DNA of 64,000 nucleotides from Pirellulales bacterium (GTDB lineage Bacteria; Planctomycetota; Planctomycetia; Pirellulales; S012-138), in NCBI GenBank assembly GCA_028066245.1, contig JALCBR010000012.1, positions 635-64,634 of the forward strand, written 5' to 3'. Position numbers and translations under genes: made by a program. Below, one piece after another: positions 1 to 11,039 of the stretch. The notes below the pieces were generated by a model. That model searched no databases, was not told the DNA's origin, and worked only from the letters and a program-made list of their open reading frames with translations. Position 1 is the stretch's first letter. Each line of letters begins with the position of its first letter.

Positions 1-64
1 CAAGCATCGTTTGGAAAACATCCAAGACGGCTCTGATGAACGGGTTAATGTATTCAACATTCAT
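1..64 (-). CDS. cheX: Chemotaxis phosphatase CheX, N-terminus only (runs off the window edge)
   Basis: Not in the ORF track. Manual translation from ATG at 64 gives MNVEYINPFIRAVLDVFQTML, the typical CheX N-terminus (YINPF). Same strand as the upstream che cluster. Confidence 0.8.
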   Translation of the reverse strand, partial: MNVEYINPFIRAVLDVFQTML

Positions 65-769
65 GACTTCGCTCTCGCTGCGATGGATCTTTAGGACCAC
101 CAGTCATTCGAACCGTGTCTTCGTTTTTGTTTTGATGACTCAGCTATCGACCTTGCGCAGCGGACGAATCTGACATGTGCCAGATTCGCTCACATTTCAC
201 AAAACTCACATCGCAATCGATCGGTCATCGCCGCGTAGAAGAACGTCGAGCCCCCGGCAAGAAAACTTAGCTCCGCCGGAAATTGCAGGCAAACGGAACG
301 CGGCTGCGACCACCAAGAACTGGTCCCATCACTTCCAATTCATCCGTTAGCATGTATTCTGCAATCAATCGCTATAAAGCAGCCCCCGGGACACTATCGA
401 GGTACTTCTCAACCAAGCGAAATGAGAGAATCGATCAAACACGGCTCGCAAATTGCGGCACTTTCTCGCTGCGGTCGCGAATCCTGTTCCAGGATTGATC
501 CTGTGCGATATGTGTCAATGCGCAGCAGCGACAACGGTTTGGCCTACCGTGTGGTTCCGTCATAACGGCTAAGGCGACCGTATCGCTTGAACCGCTCCTC
601 GGTGTCGTACCAGAATTCCAGGCTGTGCTATCAACTTGTTGGAAATGCCAGCATAGCGTTTCCAACCCGAACCATGCTAAGCGCGTATCGCACACCACCT
701 GCAGATCGCGTTACAATCTTGCCACGGTTTGGAGTCTCATCCTTAGGGATTCACGCAGCGGCTAAGATC

Positions 770-2311
770 TCAGAAATTCTGGTGGATCTGCACGTAGTAG
801 AAATCCGCATCACCGGAAAATGGAACGTTCTGGTGCGTGGTGAAGAAGCCACCGGTCCAAAAATGTGAGTAGCCAAACAAGACGGCAGCTCGTGGCGTAA
901 TCGCGTGTTTCAGGATGACATCAAGCTCTTGGCCCAAGTCGCGATTTCCATTCGCGTTGGCCGCAGCCGTCTGCGCCATAACGACGTTGTAAACACCGTC
1001 ATTGGCATCTTCCTGCTCAAAGTCATGCCACCACAACAGCAGGGTTGTCTTCTCCGCTGGCTTGAGGGTGAGCAGCACATTGAGGTCATTGAGGTTCCGT
1101 CGCCCGAAGAGATCCATATAACCCAGATACTTGTGGGCGAGGGGGAACTGGTGGTGATACCCGTTACCGCTGGCATCGCCACTTGCGGAATCGTAGTAGG
1201 TCCATAACGTTGGCTTCCATGGAGCACATTCGAACTTGCGCCCAAGACCAACAGTGTACGCCCAACCTGACTGGTCGGCCGAACCCACTTCACCAAACTG
1301 ACCTGCGCCCCAGCTGTCCCATAACCATGAACCTGCCGAACCGTGGTAGCGTCCGCCGAAGGTATTGAATTCAAATCCAGCTCCACCGTTTTCCACAAAG
1401 CGGAGGTAGTAGAGGTCAAGAGTTTCATTCTCAACGGCTTTGTATGTTGCCCAAGTGCCGCCGAATTCTTGACTTGTGTTAGTACTTTGAAAATCATCGC
1501 CTGCGGGTGAGACGGGGTGAGTCCAAAACGTGTCCAGGTCCCAGTTTTTTCCTTTCCAGATGAGCGACGCTCCTTCAAACGTCCTGCGTGTATTTGCCCA
1601 GTCTAATGGCGAAACCGAGCGTTGCGCGCCGTAGAGGAGCTCTTGGCGACCGACACGTCCTGTCAGTTCACCACAGCAATCGGCGTATAGCAGGAAATCG
1701 CCGAACAGGTTCTGTAGATTTGCTTTGCTTTCTTCGATAGCGCGGGGAGCGAAATCCTCACCTTGACTGACTGCGGAGAGGCCCTCACCGTAAATACGGA
1801 GGTAAGGATTGACGTCCAAGTTAACGAAGTACCTCAATCGATGAAGCCCGAACTCATCGTCCACACCAGTCAGCGAAGTTCCACGAATGTTGCGTTCGTT
1901 GTGGTAACGGAAACGATACTGACCGCCAGCGTCCATGATGATTCCGTTGTGAATACATCTTTGTTTCAAGCAATCGCCCAGCTGCCAATCACAGAAGCAT
2001 GGATTGTTTACGTAGCTAAAATCGTTGTTGTAAAATAGGCCCTTGTGTGCATTGCCAACAGCGGCTTTGAGAGCCGCCTGCTTCTCCGGATCACAGCAGT
2101 CAATGACGTCTTTCGCGCTGGGCGCCGTCCCGTCAAGTGCCGGACCTTCTCCAACCCCCGGTTGGACATCCAACGGATTGGGCACCGGAGACAAGGGGAC
2201 AGGAGTTTGATCCTGTTCGTACTGCGCCGCGGCAATTTCGCCGATGCAGACTATGGCGCAAAACGAAACCACTGATGACGCAAAACGTTTGACGTGGTTG
2301 AATCCGTTCAT
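770..2311 (-). CDS. Alginate-export-family (AlgE-like) outer-membrane beta-barrel protein
   Basis: Signal peptide after M at 2311 (GAGGGA upstream). Motifs GRVGRQELLYGAQRSVSPLDWANTRR, YDSASGD, FPLAHKYLG, DLGQELD. C-terminal aromatic beta-signal (YYVQIHQNF). Confidence 0.8.
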   Translation of the reverse strand: MNGFNHVKRFASSVVSFCAIVCIGEIAAAQYEQDQTPVPLSPVPNPLDVQPGVGEGPALDGTAPSAKDVIDCCDPEKQAALKAAVGNAHKGLFYNNDFSYVNNPCFCDWQLGDCLKQRCIHNGIIMDAGGQYRFRYHNERNIRGTSLTGVDDEFGLHRLRYFVNLDVNPYLRIYGEGLSAVSQGEDFAPRAIEESKANLQNLFGDFLLYADCCGELTGRVGRQELLYGAQRSVSPLDWANTRRTFEGASLIWKGKNWDLDTFWTHPVSPAGDDFQSTNTSQEFGGTWATYKAVENETLDLYYLRFVENGGAGFEFNTFGGRYHGSAGSWLWDSWGAGQFGEVGSADQSGWAYTVGLGRKFECAPWKPTLWTYYDSASGDASGNGYHHQFPLAHKYLGYMDLFGRRNLNDLNVLLTLKPAEKTTLLLWWHDFEQEDANDGVYNVVMAQTAAANANGNRDLGQELDVILKHAITPRAAVLFGYSHFWTGGFFTTHQNVPFSGDADFYYVQIHQNF

Positions 2312-2899
2312 TGGGTTCCCTCGATGACTAGGGAGTCCGAGCCGCGGGTTGCCGTAATTAGTCACACAGTTGAGAGTTTGTGTCCCTTCAGGGGGGATAC
2401 TTATTTGTTCTCGGTCTTCTTAGCGCTTCTTCACGCTTCTTTCCCTAAAGAAAAGCGAGAACTTGGAGGAAACTGATCGTTATGCGGTTTACAGAGAGGG
2501 TGAGGGTTTCACAGAGGATCGGCTTAGTAAGCTGTTGCAAACGCCATCGTGGCGTTTCAGCCCGAGTCAAGCGCGAGGAAGAATCTCGCACGGCCCGCAA
2601 GCCGCAACATTCGTGCTACAACTCGGGCTCATAGACAAAGCCCTGAGGAAGAAACAATCCATTAATTCGCCCGAAATCGAGCTCTGCGAAACCATTCGCT
2701 AAGAAGCACCGCCTGCAATCAGTGCTAGCACGCAATTCACACCACTAACAACTACCACTCCACCGAACCCGGTAACGGCTTCTCAGCATTCTTCCCGAGT
2801 TGGATCGACATCAAGGGCCGGGTAGCCGACCTTTGATTCGAGTCGACCTGCCGAAAGTCCGATCAGATCCAACAAAATGAGCCGACATTCGCTACAAGG

Positions 2900-4789
2900 C
2901 TACGAGACCGCGAATTGGCCGACTAACTCTTCAAGCTGTGTGGCAACTTGTGTCAGTTGCTCGCCGGCATTGCGTGTCGTGCTCACACCTTCGGCCGTCT
3001 TCTTAAAGCTTGTGTCCATCTTCGTAATGTTTTCCGTGATTTCCCGGCTTGCGGCTCGTGATTCGGCCACACTGCCGCACACGGCCGTGGCCGCCTCGGA
3101 CGTTTGAGTGATGCTCTGCGAGATTTGCAACGTCGTTGTGCTTTGTTGCTCAACGGATGCGGCAATCGTACGGAACACATCGTTGACCTGGCCGATAACC
3201 TCGCTGATTTGGCCAATCGAGTTAACGACTTCGCCGGTTGAGAGCTGAATCCCTTCAATCCGGTTGCGAATATCCTCCGTCGCATTGGCTGTTTGCTTGG
3301 CAAGCTCCTTAACTTCGGTTGCCACAACGGCAAACCCCTTTCCGGATTCACCTGCCCGCGCCGCCTCGATTGTCGCGTTGAGGGCCAATAGGTTGGTCTG
3401 CTCGGCGATGTCTTGGATTGTCTCGATGACATTGCCGATCTCGTCAGCGGCTGAGCGCAGCTTGCTGATTCCTTGGTTGCTTGACTCTGCCAATTCCACA
3501 GCGCTGCTCGCCACACTCGAAGAATGCTCCGCGTTCTTTGCGATCTCCCCGATGCTTTTCGTCATTTCGTCGATAGCAATGGCAACCGTTTTGACGTTGT
3601 CTGTCATCAATTCGCTGGAGGACGCAATCGCAGCCATGTTCGAGGACATTTCCTCGGCAGACGTTGAGACCGATGAAGATTGCATTCCGGTCAACTCTGC
3701 CCCGTGGGACAGCTCAGTTGCCGTGCCTAGCAAGTTGCTCGATGCACCGGAAATATCACTGGCACAGCCTACGATGGTCCGCATCGAACCCTGGAGGTTT
3801 TTCCGAAATTCCTCGACGTCGCGCGCGAGATCACCAATTTCATCGCTGCGAGTGGAGAGAAGCGGTGTCGCCAAATCACCTTCGGCAAGTTGTGCGATTT
3901 TCTGAGCGACCGTGCTGATTGATGCCTTCATTCTGTGTGCGAACCAGAGCGACAAGACAAGGCCAAACGGAACAGAAATCCCCAGCAGCACCCAGATCGC
4001 ATTGCCAAGGCTCTCGTTTCTTGCCACAACCTCTTGTGAGGCTTCCGCAGTCGCTTCCGACAACTCCGCCGCAGTTTTGGCTGCCGCGAGAACTTCTCCC
4101 GAGGCGTTCTTTGCATCCTGAGAAGCTTCCGCCGCCTTTGTTGAGGCAGAAACAGCGGCACCCGCTGATTCCGTCGCATCGTTGACAACTTCAGCCAACA
4201 GAACGGCAATCTCACTCCGCATCTGTGCTGCCTTACGACGTCCGGATGCCGTAATCGAGTTGCCCAGAACGCGATTCTTATCGACGTACGCGTCGACAGC
4301 CGGCATCATCGTGGTGACAAGCTCATCAACTTTGAGTCGTGTTGCTTCAGCGAAATCAGGATCGGTGGCTTGAAGCGAGTCGAGAATCCCATCGATTTCC
4401 TTGCGAACGTGCTCAGCTTGTTCTTCCGATTCGTTGAGCCAACTCAGAGAAAGGTCAGTCATCCAGTACGTCAGCTCTAAGACCTTCTGGTCAAGTGCTT
4501 GGACCGAGGATTGCCGCACCAAGGCTTGCTGCTGTTGATCAAAGATGGACGCGGTTTCCTGGACAGCCATTGTTGCCGATTCGACGGCAGCCGTGGCTGC
4601 ACCGGCACTGGTGGAAGCACCGGCGACAGAACCGGCGAGCTCCTCAACATACGTCAGTGCGTTTCCGGTCGTCTTTGTGGATTCGTTGATCTTGGCCAGA
4701 CTGTACAGCAAACAGGCACTGAAGGCAGTGATCAGGACGCCGCACATGGCAAAGGTTTTCAACGCCAATCCAATTCTTGCGTTCTTCAT
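2900..4789 (-). CDS. Methyl-accepting chemotaxis protein (TM, helical sensor, TM, HAMP, signalling domain)
   Basis: [37 protein letters not shown] hairpin motif; HAMP (RSDEIGDLA); two TM helices. Confidence 0.95.
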   Translation of the reverse strand: MKNARIGLALKTFAMCGVLITAFSACLLYSLAKINESTKTTGNALTYVEELAGSVAGASTSAGAATAAVESATMAVQETASIFDQQQQALVRQSSVQALDQKVLELTYWMTDLSLSWLNESEEQAEHVRKEIDGILDSLQATDPDFAEATRLKVDELVTTMMPAVDAYVDKNRVLGNSITASGRRKAAQMRSEIAVLLAEVVNDATESAGAAVSASTKAAEASQDAKNASGEVLAAAKTAAELSEATAEASQEVVARNESLGNAIWVLLGISVPFGLVLSLWFAHRMKASISTVAQKIAQLAEGDLATPLLSTRSDEIGDLARDVEEFRKNLQGSMRTIVGCASDISGASSNLLGTATELSHGAELTGMQSSSVSTSAEEMSSNMAAIASSSELMTDNVKTVAIAIDEMTKSIGEIAKNAEHSSSVASSAVELAESSNQGISKLRSAADEIGNVIETIQDIAEQTNLLALNATIEAARAGESGKGFAVVATEVKELAKQTANATEDIRNRIEGIQLSTGEVVNSIGQISEVIGQVNDVFRTIAASVEQQSTTTLQISQSITQTSEAATAVCGSVAESRAASREITENITKMDTSFKKTAEGVSTTRNAGEQLTQVATQLEELVGQFAVS

Positions 4790-4819
4790 CAGATATCTCC
4801 AGCACGGCTCACGTCCGAG

Positions 4820-5614
4820 TTAGTCGAAAATCACAACGCTGATGGCTCCACCCAATTCACCGAGCACGCCACCTTCTTTTTTGCCACCGGTGACATCCAA
4901 CTCTCCCTTGGGACCACCATGGCACTTGAGGCAAGACTCTTTGTAGTATTCCGGCAGGATAAACCGGAACGCGCCGGTGCCCTCATAATCGACTTGCTCA
5001 AAGTGCGGCTCACCATTCACCCAGTCAGGCGATTTGAAGTTCTGTTCCAGAACATCATGCTCCCAGCTGTCAGGTCGGTTCGCACGATTTCGAACGTATG
5101 ACTTAGGGGCGGTGAGTTTGATAGCCATGGAACCTTTCATCTTGGTTGTGAACGTATCGGCCACCTGCTTCGCAAAGATGGCCGGCAAGAATCCCTTGAA
5201 CCCTTTGCCCTTCTCATTGATCAAGGGTTGGGCATCGTTCATGACGGATTCAACGGACTCAAGCATCGCGGCAACTGCCCTTCCGCTCAGGGAGTCATCT
5301 GCCGTATTCAGAGCGGTCCCGGCTGCCTTCGCGTAGTTCTCTTTTGTTCTTTCGACGACGAATTCCCCTGTCAGTCCCTTGTCGCCCTTGGTTTCGTCGT
5401 TAATGAGTGCCTGATTTTCCGAGATCACCGCACGTGCAGATCGAAAGAGAGTCGCAAGCTGTGCCGCAACTTCCTGCTTCTCATTCTCCGTCACACGATC
5501 TGTAGCACTCGCATTCCGTCCATCGGCTGGAAGGGCTACAGAAAGGACTGCGAGAACGAATGACACCAAGATGCCGGTGATCGCAACCTGACGGTATTTG
5601 AATGAAGTCACCAT
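4820..5614 (-). CDS. Exported c-type haem-binding protein, DUF3365/Tll0287-like
   Basis: N-terminal signal/TM; RNRANRPDSWE; FRFILPEYYKESCLKCHG (CxxCH); GELGGAISV C-terminus; AGGAG upstream of ATG 5614. Confidence 0.85.
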   Translation of the reverse strand: MVTSFKYRQVAITGILVSFVLAVLSVALPADGRNASATDRVTENEKQEVAAQLATLFRSARAVISENQALINDETKGDKGLTGEFVVERTKENYAKAAGTALNTADDSLSGRAVAAMLESVESVMNDAQPLINEKGKGFKGFLPAIFAKQVADTFTTKMKGSMAIKLTAPKSYVRNRANRPDSWEHDVLEQNFKSPDWVNGEPHFEQVDYEGTGAFRFILPEYYKESCLKCHGGPKGELDVTGGKKEGGVLGELGGAISVVIFD

Positions 5615-6039
5615 CGAAACGCTTCTCCTATGAAGAGTTACCGCGCCATGCCAAAAGGACGGGTGATTTATATGTCCACTCTGCGGGGTGGTATGCAAAC
5701 CGTAGATTAAGCCTCAGCGCCTCCCCCCAAAAAGTCATGTTTGATGTGTGAGTTTTTGATGAAAAATGCCAGCCGCCAAGGACATTTCGGATAGTCGTTG
5801 TAACCAGTAATCCCAGCTCAAGCTGCCGTGGACAACCGCCCTCACGGCGTTCTCAGCTGGGCCCATGACGAGAGAGAATCTCGCACAGTTCACACGCGGT
5901 GTATTCGGCAGCGATTGAAAGCCCGGGGATTCTCACTGCCGGGCGATCGTCAACAGCATGCCATTGAGCGGAAAGTGGCGAGCGGGCTTGCGCTTTCTGC
6001 AGCAACGGTAGAGAACAAAGGCTCACCGAGCGTGCCTCA

Positions 6040-6861
6040 TCATCGGTAGAGCGTTGCCCGGCAGTGCTCTTCCGGCGTGAAGGCGCCGTCGCAGTCCAAG
6101 AGTGATTCCGCGGACCCAACAAAGATCGCGGCAGACTGGTTTCGCATTCGCTGACGTAATCGCAAGAACAAATCTCTGCGCGCCTCAGGAGTGAAATAGA
6201 TGGCAACATTGCGGCACATAATGATGTCGAACACGCCTAGGTGTTCAAACGATTCAAGCAAGTTCGCACGCTTGAATGCAACAAGTCCGCGCAACTCATC
6301 TCGCACCTGCCATCCGCCAGTCGTTCGGGTGAAGTGCCGGTCCAACAGCCGGTTATCAAGACCTCTGCCCACGACATGATCCGAGTAGCACCCCCGACTC
6401 GCAGCTTGAATCGCAGCATCTGAGACATCAGTTCCCAAAATCGTGACGCGGCCAAATTCACTTTCTGACAACAAATCACGAACAATCATTGCCAAGCTAT
6501 AGGCCTCTTGGCCGGTGCTGCAAGCGGCAGACCAAATCCGTATCGGACCTGAAAACACCCCCTCTTCTTGCGCATCCAATAACTCAGGGAGCAGTTTGTG
6601 TTTAATCGCCTCGAAGGGCGCCATGTCGCGAAAAAAGAGTGTCTCATTGGTTGTCAGCGCGTCAATGAGCTGGGTTCGCAAGTGCCCCTGGTTCGGCTGT
6701 CGCGCGCTTTGCACGAGTTCGCCATAGCTCTTACCTGGGAACGCTTCGAGGATCTCCTGCAGACGAGAATCCAATAGGTACTTCTTGTCCAAGTTAAGTG
6801 AGATCCCACACAACGTTTGGACAAGATCACAAAGTTCCAAGATGTCAGCTTCTCTGTTCAT
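6040..6861 (-). CDS. cheR: Chemotaxis methyltransferase CheR
   Basis: LTTNETLFFRD, IWSAACSTGQEAYS, FDIIMCRNVAIYF motifs; start overlaps cheB stop. Confidence 0.95.
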   Translation of the reverse strand: MNREADILELCDLVQTLCGISLNLDKKYLLDSRLQEILEAFPGKSYGELVQSARQPNQGHLRTQLIDALTTNETLFFRDMAPFEAIKHKLLPELLDAQEEGVFSGPIRIWSAACSTGQEAYSLAMIVRDLLSESEFGRVTILGTDVSDAAIQAASRGCYSDHVVGRGLDNRLLDRHFTRTTGGWQVRDELRGLVAFKRANLLESFEHLGVFDIIMCRNVAIYFTPEARRDLFLRLRQRMRNQSAAIFVGSAESLLDCDGAFTPEEHCRATLYR

Positions 6862-7943
6862 GCCATTTGACCTCCCCTGCAGTATGACACGATCAGACTT
6901 GGCAGCTTTTCAAGCGGGCAAATGTCATTGGCAAGCCCCGCCGCCACGACTTGACCTGGCATACCGAAAACCGTGCTCGATTGCTCGTCCTGTGCGATGA
7001 CCGTTGCCCCATAGCTCGACAACGTTTTGCAACTCGCGGTGCCATCACAGCCCATTCCCGTCATCACAACTGCCAGGATTTGACCGCCAAAAATGCCGGG
7101 GAGAGAGTCAAACAGGTAATCAACCGCTGGGCGGCAATTCCCAACAGGTGCATCATCAGTAATGCGAACTTGCCCATATGCTCCCCCTGCGACGATCTTC
7201 ATTTGTCGCCCACCAGGAGCCACATAAGCCCAGCCAGGTGTAACGGCCATACCATTTTCTGCTTCCACAACTCGGATGTTGCTGAGCCCGTCAAGTTCTT
7301 CCGCCAGCGACCGCGTAAAATACGCTGGCATGTGCTGAACAATAACGAGAGGAGTCGGGAAGTCCGCTGGCAATTTTGGCAATATGCTTGCCAGCGCTTT
7401 GGGCCCGCCCGTCGATGTTCCGATCGCGACAATCCGTGGAGGCAAGGTTTCCCGGTTAGCGGGAGAAGTCTCCAAATGCCTCGCCGGCGGTGTCAATGTT
7501 GCAGGTTGTGTACTCCCATCAGGATGCAGTGCAGGAACTCGCCGGCTTTCAAGGCAGCATTTGATCACCGGCAAGAGCTTGCTCTTAAGCTTCGCGGCGC
7601 CGGCGGTGGCGCTGTCAGCACTTGGCTTGACAATGAAGTCGAAAGCTCCGAGCCGGAGGGCCGTGGCTGTCAGTGATGCGTTAATTGATGAACAACTGCT
7701 AAGCAGCACAACGCCAGGAGCGTCCTCGGTCGCTCTCAACGCGCGGAGAACCCCCAGTCCGTCAAGGATGGGCATTTCGATGTCGAGCGTGATGACATCG
7801 GGGCGAAGCACGGGGATCTTCTGCAAGCAGGCCGCTCCGTCAGCCGCCATGCCAATAACCTCGAGATCGGGATCCCCCGATAGGGCATCACGAACGATCT
7901 TTCGGTACAAGAGCGAATCATCGACGACAAGTATTCGGTTCAA
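6858..7943 (-). CDS. cheB: Chemotaxis response regulator methylesterase CheB
   Basis: REC domain (ILVVDDS...ITLDIEMP), GTSTGGP, VQHMP, VMTGMGCDG. Probable TTG start at 7943; the ORF-track start at 8129 looks over-extended. Confidence 0.95.
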   Translation of the reverse strand: MNRILVVDDSLLYRKIVRDALSGDPDLEVIGMAADGAACLQKIPVLRPDVITLDIEMPILDGLGVLRALRATEDAPGVVLLSSCSSINASLTATALRLGAFDFIVKPSADSATAGAAKLKSKLLPVIKCCLESRRVPALHPDGSTQPATLTPPARHLETSPANRETLPPRIVAIGTSTGGPKALASILPKLPADFPTPLVIVQHMPAYFTRSLAEELDGLSNIRVVEAENGMAVTPGWAYVAPGGRQMKIVAGGAYGQVRITDDAPVGNCRPAVDYLFDSLPGIFGGQILAVVMTGMGCDGTASCKTLSSYGATVIAQDEQSSTVFGMPGQVVAAGLANDICPLEKLPSLIVSYCRGGQMA

Positions 7944-8134
7944 GGGGACACGCTCAACGAAAAAGGCAATGAGTTGGTCAATCTTGGTGCACTTGGAGCT
8001 GTTGCTCCCCCCCAGCCAAAGCACTCTTCTGTCAAAGTAACCCGTGGTGCATTCGCCTTGGCGTACCGCATCTCCGAAAAAGGTTCCCAGCCGCGAAATG
8101 CGCGGCTGGGAACACACAACAGCAAACATGTCAT

Positions 8135-10534
8135 CTAGCAGGCAAGCGCTGCATCTGGATCAGCCGCATGCAACTCACCGGAAATGTCAGCCACATTGAA
8201 TTGACTGACCAGTGCGTTGATGGAGCTTGCCAGCGCGTTGAGTTCATCGCTTGCATTTTGAGTTTTGTTGGCGCCACGGCTTGTCAACTTGGCCGACTCA
8301 TCGACACCAAAAATATTTTTCGTGATCTCTTCACTGGCGACGGCAGACTCGCTGACACCTCGTGCGACAACATCCGCCGCATCCGCAACCTCTTGGACGT
8401 TCTTCGAGATATCCTTCGTCATACCGCTTTGCTCGTCAACGGAAGCCGCAATCGTACGGGCAACGCTGTTGACGTTGTTGATAGCTTCGCTGATTTCAGC
8501 AATCGCGTTCACTGTATCCGACGTAGACGATTGAATGGCTTCAATGCGGTTGCGGATATCATCCGTGGCTGCGGCAGTTTGTTTCGCGAGTTCTTTGACT
8601 TCCGTGGCCACGACAGCGAATCCTTTCCCCGCTTCTCCAGCTCGGGCGGCCTCGATGGTGGCGTTGAGTGCCAGGAGGTTAGTTTGTTCCGCGATGTCCT
8701 GAATCACCTCAATGACCTTGCCAATCTCGTCGGCAGCAGACCCCAGGCTATTGATTTTCTCATTGCTGACTTCAGCCAACTGAGCTGCTTCAGCTGCTAC
8801 GGATGCTGATTTCTCAGCGCTGTGGGCGATTTCCGAGATTGTCGCAGTCACTTGATCGATCGAACTTGAAACAGACTGCATCCCTTGCGACATCTGGCCG
8901 GTTGACTGCGCCATGTTTTTCATGTTGATGGAAAGCTCTTCTGCGGAAGAGGAAACAGTCGCCGACTGTGTTTCCGAGTTCTTGGCACCGGAGGTCAATT
9001 CGCCGGCGGTCTTTGAAAGTTCCGTCGAGGAGTTTTCCAACGTGGCGGCGTCCTTCGCAGTTCTCGCCACAATCGTGTGGATCTGATCAAGGCACGAGTT
9101 GAATGCTGTGGCCATCTGGCCAAACTCATCCTTGCCACCTGCTTGCAGCCGTTTGGTGAGGTCGCCGTCACCAACCTGCCCTAAGACATCCACAGCCTGA
9201 CGAATCGGCCTCACGATTCGGCCAGCCATGAACACGGCAAGCACTACTAGCGCGACTCCCATCCCAAACGCGATACCAACTGCCCAGATAACAAAGTTGG
9301 ATGTCGCTTCAGATGTTGAGCGTTGAATCTGGGCCACAGCCGCATGCGCCTCTTGCAACTCTTGCTCTGCAAGCAAAGCCCATTGCGATCCCAAGAGATC
9401 GACAGGTGCGTACGCGGAGAGAACGCGCTTGCCCAGATAGTTCGTGGTCTCGGTGACGCCGGCATCTCCGTTGAACGCTGCTGTTACGGTCGATGTATCA
9501 ACCTTCCCATTTTCTTGATTCCGGAACGATGCGATGATCGAACGATGCTCAGCATCGCGGTAAGAATCGCTTCGCATCAGGCGATCACTTCCCACCAAAA
9601 ACGTCTCCCCCGTCTCCCCCATTCCCGTCCGTAACCCCATGACTTGATTGATTCTGTCAATAGGCATTTGGAACATGGCGACCCCGATCTTCTCTTCACC
9701 ATCAAAGATCGGTGTCGCTATGAAGCTTGCTGGGGCTTCGTATGACGGCGCATACTGCTGAAAATCGACCAACACGAATTCATTGGGCGACTCCAGCGCG
9801 TTGGCCTTACGGAATGCCTCAGCGAAATTGGTTTGTGCATACGGCCCATCTTTTAACGATGTCCCAAAATCAAGCTCCTTGAAGACGGAGTAGACGATGT
9901 CTCCCGATTGGGTATCGACGAGAAAGATGTCGTAGTAGCCAAACTTGCTTAGATACTCACGAATTGGCACGTGGTATTTTGCGTGCAGGCCATCATAAGT
10001 TGTGTTGTTGGGGCTTGCCGTCAGGGCGTCTTTGCTACCCAATGGGTTTGGGTTCGCCCAGATGTAGGCATGCTGAAGCACGAGCGCCTCGCTGTCCAAC
10101 CCGTCAAGAAAGAGCTGCGCATCCGGCGACGCGCCCTTGTTTTGCGCTCGATACTCTTCGCTGAAGGCACCCATGTAGTAGCCCGCGAGTTCACTCTTCA
10201 TCTGCGCGAGTTGCTCTTCCGTAAACTGCCGCTCACTGCGGTAGCTTGCGAACGCGCTACTGAATTCGCGCATTGCTTCGACAATCATCCGATCGTGCGC
10301 GAACGTTAGGTTCTGGTCGCGAATCGTATTGAAGTAATCCTCGATCTGCTTCTTCTTGACGTCGCGCAACGCAACCAGTTGGTCTGTTGCTTTTTTGGCC
10401 AGGTCAATCGTGACCTCCGCTTCGACAGCAGCAATATTTTGCTGAGACACGTAATATCCAATAATGGCTATGACCACCAACGGGACGAGCCCACAGCCCA
10501 GGAACAACAACGTGAGACGGGTGCGCAGTGTCAT
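8135..10534 (-). CDS. Methyl-accepting chemotaxis protein with Cache-type periplasmic sensor
   Basis: GYYDIFLVD...[17 protein letters not shown] Cache-like sensor; [12 protein letters not shown]; HAMP; MCP signalling motif. Start at 10534 (MTLRTRL). Confidence 0.95.
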   Translation of the reverse strand: MTLRTRLTLLFLGCGLVPLVVIAIIGYYVSQQNIAAVEAEVTIDLAKKATDQLVALRDVKKKQIEDYFNTIRDQNLTFAHDRMIVEAMREFSSAFASYRSERQFTEEQLAQMKSELAGYYMGAFSEEYRAQNKGASPDAQLFLDGLDSEALVLQHAYIWANPNPLGSKDALTASPNNTTYDGLHAKYHVPIREYLSKFGYYDIFLVDTQSGDIVYSVFKELDFGTSLKDGPYAQTNFAEAFRKANALESPNEFVLVDFQQYAPSYEAPASFIATPIFDGEEKIGVAMFQMPIDRINQVMGLRTGMGETGETFLVGSDRLMRSDSYRDAEHRSIIASFRNQENGKVDTSTVTAAFNGDAGVTETTNYLGKRVLSAYAPVDLLGSQWALLAEQELQEAHAAVAQIQRSTSEATSNFVIWAVGIAFGMGVALVVLAVFMAGRIVRPIRQAVDVLGQVGDGDLTKRLQAGGKDEFGQMATAFNSCLDQIHTIVARTAKDAATLENSSTELSKTAGELTSGAKNSETQSATVSSSAEELSINMKNMAQSTGQMSQGMQSVSSSIDQVTATISEIAHSAEKSASVAAEAAQLAEVSNEKINSLGSAADEIGKVIEVIQDIAEQTNLLALNATIEAARAGEAGKGFAVVATEVKELAKQTAAATDDIRNRIEAIQSSTSDTVNAIAEISEAINNVNSVARTIAASVDEQSGMTKDISKNVQEVADAADVVARGVSESAVASEEITKNIFGVDESAKLTSRGANKTQNASDELNALASSINALVSQFNVADISGELHAADPDAALAC

Positions 10535-10565
10535 GGAACAGCCTTCGCGAGAATGCCAATTTGTG

Positions 10566-11021
10566 TCAGTTGATGTAAGAAGCGAACAAGTCATCGAGTT
10601 TCACGATGACTACAATGTGGTTTTCCGTTGTGTAGACGCCACGAAAACGTCGCCCATCCGCTCCATTGATGTTCGATGGCGGCGGCGTGATTTCCGAGTG
10701 CGGGATCGAGATGATGTCCGCAATGCTGTCGACTGTCAGGCCGACTTGATCACCATCCCAATTGACAATAACAGTGCGTGACTTTGCCGTGATGTCACTT
10801 TGCGGTAAATCCAACAATGTGGCATGGTCCACGACAGTAACAACTTCACCGCGCAGGTTGATGACTCCCCGCACAAACGGCGGCGCATGGGGCACGGCCG
10901 TCACGTCTTGATGGTTGATGATCTCGCGAACTTGAGACAACGGCAGCCCTAGCAGGAGATCGGCGACGTAGAAAGTCGCGTACTGTGTCTCCGTAGAACT
11001 CAGCGTAGCTGTTGTGGACAT
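10566..11021 (-). CDS. cheW: Chemotaxis coupling protein CheW
   Basis: VREII...[23 protein letters not shown] motif. Confidence 0.95.
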   Translation of the reverse strand: MSTTATLSSTETQYATFYVADLLLGLPLSQVREIINHQDVTAVPHAPPFVRGVINLRGEVVTVVDHATLLDLPQSDITAKSRTVIVNWDGDQVGLTVDSIADIISIPHSEITPPPSNINGADGRRFRGVYTTENHIVVIVKLDDLFASYIN

Positions 11022-11039
11022 TGGTACCTCTTGTGCTCG

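Noticed and set aside
120-170. Sigma-28-like promoter upstream of cheX (GTCGATAG on the minus strand), and similar ones near cheA and 55445
   Set aside because: A -10-like element is present but no -35 at canonical spacing; too weak to call.
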